This document shows positions 16,467 to 22,156 of a stretch of DNA of 22,156 nt, piece after piece (the stretch's first letter is position 1; each line of letters starts with the position of its first letter). A program made the translations under genes and the position numbers. Source of the DNA: Chthoniobacteraceae bacterium (GTDB lineage: Bacteria > Verrucomicrobiota > Verrucomicrobiia > Chthoniobacterales > Chthoniobacteraceae); contig JANNWY010000223.1 in assembly GCA_031409335.1 (NCBI GenBank), positions 1 to 22,156 on the forward strand. Direction: 5' to 3'. The notes beneath the pieces are model-generated. The model was not told the DNA's origin. It made no database searches and worked only from the letters and a program-made list of their open reading frames with translations.

Positions 16467-18920
16467 ATGCATAAATCCCGATTTCCCCACGCCCTCATCG
16501 AGCCCCTCGAAGCGCGGATCGCGCCCGCGCTCGCCGTCCTGAATCCGCTCGGCGACCTCACCGTCGGCCCCGGAAAGACCGGCGCGGATATCGACCTTTC
16601 CCGGCTCTTCGACCCGATCATTTCCGACAACGGGCGCACGATCGTGACGCTCCACACGAACTTCGACAGCGACCCGGACACGGCTGGAGTCCAGGGTGAC
16701 ATCGTCATCGAAATGCTGGACGACGCGGCTCCTCTCAGCGTCCAGAATTTCCTCAGCTACCTCACCAACAGCGATCCAAAAACGAACTACGAAAACACGT
16801 TTTTCCACCGTTCCGTCGCTGGCTTTGTAGTTCAGGGCGGTGGCTTCGATGCCGTTGATCCGGCGACCCACATTCCCACGCTGTTTGACGTGCATAACGA
16901 ATTCGATGGAGTGAACCGCTCGAATTTGCGCGGCACGATCGCGATGGCAAAGAGCGTGGGTCCGCACACGGCAAACAGCGAATGGTTTTTCAATCTCGGG
17001 GATAACTCATCGAACTTAAACAATCAGAACGGTGGCTTCACTGTCTTTGCGAGAGTTACCCGAGGCATGGATGTGGTGGATGCCATCGCGGCGCTTGCGA
17101 CGTTCAATTTCAGCGGCGCGGGCTCCGCTCCGATCGGTGCCGTCAACGGAGCTTTCAGCAATCTCCCTCTCCAAACCTACAACGCTGATCCCGACAACAA
17201 TCCCAATACGGCAGCACCCTTGCCGACCGAGGCGAACTATGTCCGGCTGACTGACTACGAAATTCAGCAGCCACCGAATGGCACACTGACTGGTGTGACT
17301 TACTCGGTGATCCCATCCGTGGATATCGTGGATGCCACGACCGGGCTAACTAGTGATCTGGTCTCCGCCACTGTGAATGGCTCGACCCTGCAGCTAAACT
17401 ACAAAGCACATACTGCCGGAGTCGTCCGGGTAACGGTCCGTGGTGCCGATGCCAGCTCTTCGGCTGAAGACACCTTTGTCGTCAACCTTGAGCCCAACCT
17501 CGTGGCGAACTTTGAGCAGGATCCATTTGATGGCGTCATCATTGGCGGCGACACCAAGACTGCCACCATCGTCATTGGCAATAACGGCGGTGGATGGGCG
17601 GTGGGGAATGTGAACGTGAAGGTGTATCTATCGAAGATTCGCTCTTCCAACCCACAGCCTGGTCAGCCGGATACGGGAGCAGATCCGAACGGCGTTCTAC
17701 TACAGCCTTCGGATGATATACTTTTTGCCGAGTTTCCAAATCAAACGCTCGACCTCGCGGGCGGGAGCACGCTGGCACTGACGAAGATATTGGGAATCCC
17801 GCGGCAACTAGTCACGACCGCCAACGAGAACTATCGGATATTGGTGGAAGTCACGCCGTCCGACTCGGCAATCGATGAGCGATTTGACGATGACAATGTG
17901 GCGTTGGACAGCAGAGTGCATGTCTGGGAGAACCGGTTCGGGACTTTCACGATCAATGGATTCGGAACCCGGACGGACGCGAAGCTCGTCTATGACGAGG
18001 CGGATGGCGACAGGGTGCAGATTTCCATGACTAAGTCGGGAAATGGTTTGGTGAGTTTCGATGGCACATTGGTCGATCTGGCGGTGGTCAGTCCGCGACC
18101 CGCCAGCACGCTCGCCGCTTCGATCATTTCCGCGGCCAATGTGGGTGGGCGCGATATCGATTTGCACAACGTCGAGCTGTTGCAATACATCCGCACCGTG
18201 AATTTGCAGGAGGCAAACCTGACGGGTGCGCTGAGCGCGAATGAAGGTTTTCGCGAGCTGACCATGGGTGACCTCGTGGGACCGGGTGTGATAACGGTGG
18301 GAAGGCTGCCATCTGGAATCACGATCAACCCTTCGCTGACGTTTGGTGACGTTGCGGACATGAGCATCGAATCCCTGGCCGTGCTCCGGCTGATCCGGGC
18401 TGAAAAGTGGGTGGAAAGCGATGGCACGCCAAACCGCATCGACGCACCGGGCATCGGCAACATCGCCATCCGCGGAAATCTCGAAGCGAGCGTGGGAGTA
18501 GCGACTTCGCGAACGCTCGGCGTTTTCTATGTGGGTGGCTTTTTCAAGGACTCGACCCTTTCTACAAAAGGCAATGTCACCACGGCGACCGTTGGCGGGC
18601 TGGATCACGCGAACATTTTCATCGGCACGACTGCCAGGCCGGATAGTGCGACTGACTTTTCGCAGGATCGCACCCTCGGCAGCCTGATCGTCACGGGAAT
18701 CGCGGGTGAGGCGCGCGTCTTTATTTCGGCAAACGTCGCCGCCGCGCACATGGGTTCCGTTTCCGTGAAAGGCATCGACGCAATCAACAGTCCGTCCGCG
18801 TTTGGCATCGTGGCCGATTCGATCCGTTCCTACGCTCGCACGAATGGACCTAGTTCGGGTCCGCTGCACGAGTCGCAGCGATTCGACGGACGGGGCCGGT
18901 ATTCGCTCACGATCGTTTGA
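16467..18920 (+). CDS. LEPR-XLL leader protein with cyclophilin-type PPIase, Ig-like and CARDB-like domains and a C-terminal beta-solenoid
   Basis: IEPLEARIAPA; AP.SVQNFLSY, FFHRSVAGFVVQGGG, RGTIAMAK, SEWFFN, NGGFTVFARV..GMDVVDAI; NNGG...VYLSK; the C-terminal region resembles the preceding gene. Confidence 0.88.
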   Translation: MHKSRFPHALIEPLEARIAPALAVLNPLGDLTVGPGKTGADIDLSRLFDPIISDNGRTIVTLHTNFDSDPDTAGVQGDIVIEMLDDAAPLSVQNFLSYLTNSDPKTNYENTFFHRSVAGFVVQGGGFDAVDPATHIPTLFDVHNEFDGVNRSNLRGTIAMAKSVGPHTANSEWFFNLGDNSSNLNNQNGGFTVFARVTRGMDVVDAIAALATFNFSGAGSAPIGAVNGAFSNLPLQTYNADPDNNPNTAAPLPTEANYVRLTDYEIQQPPNGTLTGVTYSVIPSVDIVDATTGLTSDLVSATVNGSTLQLNYKAHTAGVVRVTVRGADASSSAEDTFVVNLEPNLVANFEQDPFDGVIIGGDTKTATIVIGNNGGGWAVGNVNVKVYLSKIRSSNPQPGQPDTGADPNGVLLQPSDDILFAEFPNQTLDLAGGSTLALTKILGIPRQLVTTANENYRILVEVTPSDSAIDERFDDDNVALDSRVHVWENRFGTFTINGFGTRTDAKLVYDEADGDRVQISMTKSGNGLVSFDGTLVDLAVVSPRPASTLAASIISAANVGGRDIDLHNVELLQYIRTVNLQEANLTGALSANEGFRELTMGDLVGPGVITVGRLPSGITINPSLTFGDVADMSIESLAVLRLIRAEKWVESDGTPNRIDAPGIGNIAIRGNLEASVGVATSRTLGVFYVGGFFKDSTLSTKGNVTTATVGGLDHANIFIGTTARPDSATDFSQDRTLGSLIVTGIAGEARVFISANVAAAHMGSVSVKGIDAINSPSAFGIVADSIRSYARTNGPSSGPLHESQRFDGRGRYSLTIV

Positions 18921-18943
18921 GCCAATGCTGAAATGGCGGCGAA

Positions 18944-19093
18944 ATTGCCGCGAAAGACACGGAGGACGCGGAAAACGCCGAGGATTGGAGAAGAAGGGTT
19001 TCCCGTCTGCGAGCTGGCGTGAGATGGAGCGGGGTGTGGTTTTTCTCTCCCATCCTCCGCGTTCTCCGTGTCTTCCGCGTCCTCAGCGGCAAT
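18944..19093. repeat. Palindromic element of 9-bp tandem units (family B, copy 1)
   Basis: Left arm ATTGCCGCGAAAGACACGGAGGACGCGGAAAACGCCGAGGAT; right arm reverse complement ATTGCCGCTGAGGACGCGGAAGACACGGAGAACGCGGAGGAT. Related to 20178-20366. Confidence 0.8.
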
Positions 19094-19176
19094 CCATCGC
19101 CGTTTTTAGGCAAAAAAATACTTAACGGCCGGGCCCACTCGGACCCGACCGCTAAGTAGCCCATGAAAAGTCGTTG

Positions 19177-19767
19177 TTACCGCCGCTCCGCAGTAGCCGA
19201 AGGACTGCGCTTGCCTTTCCCAGCCACCGCAGAGGCGGCGACGCTGGTGGAGCTGTGGCGGTAGGAGCCGTTCTTCGACCAGGAATATTGCGGGATGTAT
19301 TCACTCCGCGAAGTGCTCTCCGCGAGGATCGGGCGATTGGCATTCGTCGGATCCAAAATCCACCAGTTGCTACCGTCATTCCACATCACCCAAGCATGGC
19401 TGATCTTGGAAGTCGCCCGCGCCTTGCCGATAACGTAGCGCATCGTGCTGTCGCCGAGTTGATCCATGAGCCAGAGCGATTTTGCCTTGCAGTCGCCGGT
19501 GTGGGTGCGGGCAGTGACCGCGGGCATCGCAGCGACGTAGGGATCGGTAAAGGAGTAGCGAAAGCCGCGGCCTTCGTTGAGCAGCGATTGCACGCGCTTC
19601 ATGTCGGTGGTCTGGGAACGCAACGCGCCGAGCACCTGCTTCACCGGACTCATGTAGCGATCGTAAGGAGTGTAGCCCGCTGGTGCGCCGAGATCGATTC
19701 CGGCGAGCGCGCTCACCTTGGTGAGAAGCAGGCTGGAGATTACGAAGAGTGAGGCTTTGAGAGTCAT
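19177..19767 (-). CDS. Secreted transglutaminase-like cysteine peptidase (BTLCP/LapG-like fold)
   Basis: Signal peptide (MTLKASLFVISSLLLTKVSALA); putative triad GDCKAK (Cys), HAWVMW (His), WILDPT (Asp), parallel to GDCEDY/HAVL/VLDN in BTLCPs. Confidence 0.75.
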   Translation of the reverse strand: MTLKASLFVISSLLLTKVSALAGIDLGAPAGYTPYDRYMSPVKQVLGALRSQTTDMKRVQSLLNEGRGFRYSFTDPYVAAMPAVTARTHTGDCKAKSLWLMDQLGDSTMRYVIGKARATSKISHAWVMWNDGSNWWILDPTNANRPILAESTSRSEYIPQYSWSKNGSYRHSSTSVAASAVAGKGKRSPSATAERR

Positions 19768-19796
19768 ATAGAAAGTTTATTTCTATAAATCCTATA

Positions 19797-19813
19797 AGCA
19801 CCATGCGCGCCAC
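19797..19813 (-). promoter_or_regulatory. Candidate sigma-54 (-24/-12) promoter for the transglutaminase-like gene
   Basis: Minus strand GTGGCGCGCATGGTGCT has GG-N10-GC spacing and is close to the consensus YTGGCACG-N4-TTGCW; about 30 bp upstream of the ATG; long upstream intergenic region. Confidence 0.6.
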
Positions 19814-20177
19814 GAAGCCCGTCTTTGCAAAGAAGATCGGCGGTTTTTGAGATCTACTCTGTATCGCGACTTTCAAAACGCCTCCTCGCTAACCGTTCTG
19901 GTCGGGAATGTAAGTTCTTTTATCATAAATGTGAGAACAGCTCCTCGCGTTTTCGGACATCCCGCTGGCAACCTCTCGATTCCCGATTGCCTCATGTTAC
20001 CTCACCTCAGTTTTTGCCAACACGAGCGGTGGTCGCAATCAGGCGCAGGCGCTGCGAAGCGGGAATTCCAGGCAACTCTGCGCGCGCATCCGGCAGGTGA
20101 TCAAGCGATCCATTTGTTTCGTTGCGCCTTTTGATGCAATCCCATCAACCGGCGATCGAGAAAAATAAACCTAGCTT

Positions 20178-20366
20178 CGGCGATGGGAACCGCGGACGAC
20201 GCAGACGACGCGGAAGACACGGAGAACGCGGAGATTGCGAACCTTGAGCCACTCACCCAATCGGTGAACAACGCCTTCCTGGCGAGACGGAACCCAACCT
20301 CTTCCTCATCCGCGTTCTCCGCGTTCTCCGCGTCCTCAGTGTCCTCCGCGGCAATCTTCATCGCCG
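20178..20366. repeat. Palindromic element of 9-bp tandem units (family B, copy 2)
   Basis: Ends CGGCGATG...CATCGCCG; arms of GAN-(G/A)AC-(G/A)CG-like units (GACGACGCAGACGACGCGGAAGACACGGAGAACGCG vs CGCGTTCTCCGCGTTCTCCGCGTCCTCAGTGTCCTCCGCGG); shares its right end GCGGCAATC..CATCGCCG with copy 1. Confidence 0.8.
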
Positions 20367-20376
20367 CCTTTAAGAT

Positions 20377-20413
20377 AAAAACGCCGCGCCCGGAAATCCG
20401 AGCGCGGCGTTTT
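20377..20413 (-). terminator. Rho-independent terminator of the EF-hand gene (possibly bidirectional)
   Basis: AAAAACGCCGCGCCCGGAAATCCGAGCGCGGCGTTTT: GC stem with A and T tracts on either side, about 20 bp after the stop at 20433. Confidence 0.85.
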
Positions 20414-20432
20414 CAGCTTTCGTCGATTGCGC

Positions 20433-20813
20433 TTACTTTCCTAGGGGCTTTTTGCCGCCTTTTCCGCCACCTCCGCCGCCGGGGCCACCGGGTCCACCGG
20501 GTCCACGCTGCGGACGCCCTGTTTTGAATTCCTCGACCGTCACCTTCCCGTCGGAATCCTTGTCCATTTTCTTAAAAGCCTCTTCTGCGCGGGCCGCATC
20601 TTTCTGCCCGCGTGGGCTGTTTTTGAATTCTTCGAGGCTGATTGAGGCGTCCGAGTTTGCGTCGAGCTTCTTGAACATTTCCTCGGGATTCGGCTTTTCC
20701 CGGCCACCCGGTCCACCCGGCCCGCCGGGCGGTGGGCCTGCGGGTTTGTCTTCTGCAAATGCGAGAGAGCCGGCGAAAGCCAGCGCGCCCAAGGTAGTGA
20801 TGAGATACTTCAT
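20433..20813 (-). CDS. Secreted EF-hand calcium-binding protein with Gly/Pro-rich tails
   Basis: ATG at 20813; signal MKYLITTLGALAFAGSLAFA; two EF loops, DANSDASISLEE and DKDSDGKVTVEE; GGPGGPGG tracts; A-rich leader (AAAAAC)x3. Confidence 0.9.
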   Translation of the reverse strand: MKYLITTLGALAFAGSLAFAEDKPAGPPPGGPGGPGGREKPNPEEMFKKLDANSDASISLEEFKNSPRGQKDAARAEEAFKKMDKDSDGKVTVEEFKTGRPQRGPGGPGGPGGGGGGKGGKKPLGK

Positions 20814-20877
20814 GTTTTTTGTTTTTGTTTTTGTAGCGGCCAGCCCTCGCGGAATGCGATCGCTGTCCACCCCTGCA

Positions 20878-20902
20878 AACGCCGCAGACGCACAATCGTT
20901 TC
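20878..20902 (-). promoter_or_regulatory. Candidate ECF-sigma promoter for the EF-hand gene
   Basis: Minus strand GAAAC-N16-CGTT, the AAC/CGT pattern typical of ECF promoters, about 65 bp upstream of the ATG. Confidence 0.45.
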
Positions 20903-21066
20903 TGGGAGAATTGTTAAGCAAACGCGGATAATTGTTAAGGGTCGGTCAACTCGACGATGCCTGTTGGCCGGGAGCGCGAAGAGGGAGCGAGCGAATCACT
21001 TGATTCTAATCGTTATTGAAATTGAATTCCAAAGCGCGCCGTGGCCTTCTTCCGAGCGTGATTCCA

Positions 21067-22062
21067 ATGAATGCTCCCACTTCCCTTTTTCGGACTTTGC
21101 GGTCGCTCGCGTGTGCTGCCGCTTTTTTTCTCGCATTCGGTGGTTCCGCGCAGGCATGGCCGTGGAATAGCGAACCCCAGCCGCTCCTGCACGACCGCAC
21201 GGCGATTCGCGCCGACGCCGGTTCGCCGCTCACGTGGGATCGGAGTGCGCGGATTTTGTGGTTCGTGGCTGGAGGGAAGCTGAACTTTGCGCGTTGGAAT
21301 GGGACAACCTTTCTACCGGGGACAGGTTCGGAAATTGCCGTGAACGCGGGCGCGGGAATCGTCGTGGATGAGGGCTGGCACGCCGTCTATTTCCTTGATC
21401 ACAATTTTCATCTGCAATTTGCGCGACCTTCCCCGGGAGGCGTTGGGCTGATTCGCGGTTCCGTCGGTGACGAGTCTCTGTCCCGGCTGCTGGCCGTGGA
21501 CAACCGGACCCACTCCGTTTTCGCGTACGATTCGGTGGCACGGGGAATCCGGCTCTACTCGTATCGGGTGAAAACAAAGGCGCGGGAGTCTTCGCTCATC
21601 GCACCTGGATTGGGAAAAGCGGGCGATACGGCCGCTTGGGATAGCAACCTGCGGGTTCTTTATTCGAGCCACGAGACTGCGGACACCACAGTTCCCCGGC
21701 ATCCCCGCGCCCGCTCGCTCGGCGATCCGACGGGAACTGGCACTCTGCTGCCCTGGCCGCTGGTGGCGACGGCTTGGGACGGGAGGAAATGGTCTTCGCG
21801 CGTGATTGATGAGACGGGCGTGCCACAATTGCCTGCGATCCGCGCCACCGATCACACGGTCTTTTACGCGCGGCGCGATGAACTCGATAAGTTGCGGACT
21901 TTCCGACCAGTGGCGGGAAGCAGGGCGGAACTGTTTTCGTCGGTTTCCGGTTGGTCAGGAGCGGATACCTTTGAGGATCATGATCGCTACGAAATCAAGG
22001 CACCAAATTATCCTGATGAATGGGAAAACTCCGGCTCAGTAACTACCGGTCTGGTAGCGTAG
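21067..22062 (+). CDS. Secreted hypothetical protein, possibly a partial beta-propeller
   Basis: ATG at 21067; signal peptide ending SAQA; repeated blade-like segments (LTWDRSARILWF, IVVDEGWHAVYF, LAVDNRTHSVFAY, AAWDSNLRVLYS, AIRATDHTVFY). Confidence 0.65.
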   Translation: MNAPTSLFRTLRSLACAAAFFLAFGGSAQAWPWNSEPQPLLHDRTAIRADAGSPLTWDRSARILWFVAGGKLNFARWNGTTFLPGTGSEIAVNAGAGIVVDEGWHAVYFLDHNFHLQFARPSPGGVGLIRGSVGDESLSRLLAVDNRTHSVFAYDSVARGIRLYSYRVKTKARESSLIAPGLGKAGDTAAWDSNLRVLYSSHETADTTVPRHPRARSLGDPTGTGTLLPWPLVATAWDGRKWSSRVIDETGVPQLPAIRATDHTVFYARRDELDKLRTFRPVAGSRAELFSSVSGWSGADTFEDHDRYEIKAPNYPDEWENSGSVTTGLVA

Positions 22063-22156
22063 GGCCTGTCCCACCGGTGACCGATTTCGTTAAGCCGGTT
22101 GGTGTTGGTGGGAGCGCGGGGCGTCGATTGGGCCTTCGATGGTTCGGTTTGGCTCG

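Noticed and set aside
20101..20527. Acidic-repeat ORFs 20101-20361 and 20183-20527
   Set aside because: They arise from the 9-bp units of the palindromic element, and one overlaps a terminator and the EF-hand gene.

Overview
GC-rich bacterial DNA whose gene content and style (A-rich leaders, LEPR-XLL proteins, GAF/adaptor gene) suggest the PVC superphylum, probably Verrucomicrobiota; this is inference. Left half: a partial GAF-domain/HlyD-like gene, then minus-strand lipid A genes (lpxI, gnnA-like, lpxB, ArnT-like). These are interrupted by plus-strand genes: an Lhr-core helicase plus PdeM pair bracketed by two 164-bp REPIN-like doublets, and an orphan Wzz/Wzc-like gene. A Uma2 nuclease sits upstream of lpxI. 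Right half: a three-gene cluster of large extracellular proteins (two with cyclophilin domains inside Ig-like folds, two with an IEPLExRIAPA leader and a shared beta-solenoid). A convergent secreted transglutaminase-like/LapG-like Cys-His-Asp protein follows, with a candidate sigma-54 promoter and bracketed by a second palindromic repeat family. An EF-hand protein and a secreted hypothetical protein end the window. The best candidate for an undescribed system is the cyclophilin/LEPR-XLL surface-protein cluster with its neighbouring cysteine peptidase. All family calls come from motif recognition by eye; no searches were run.
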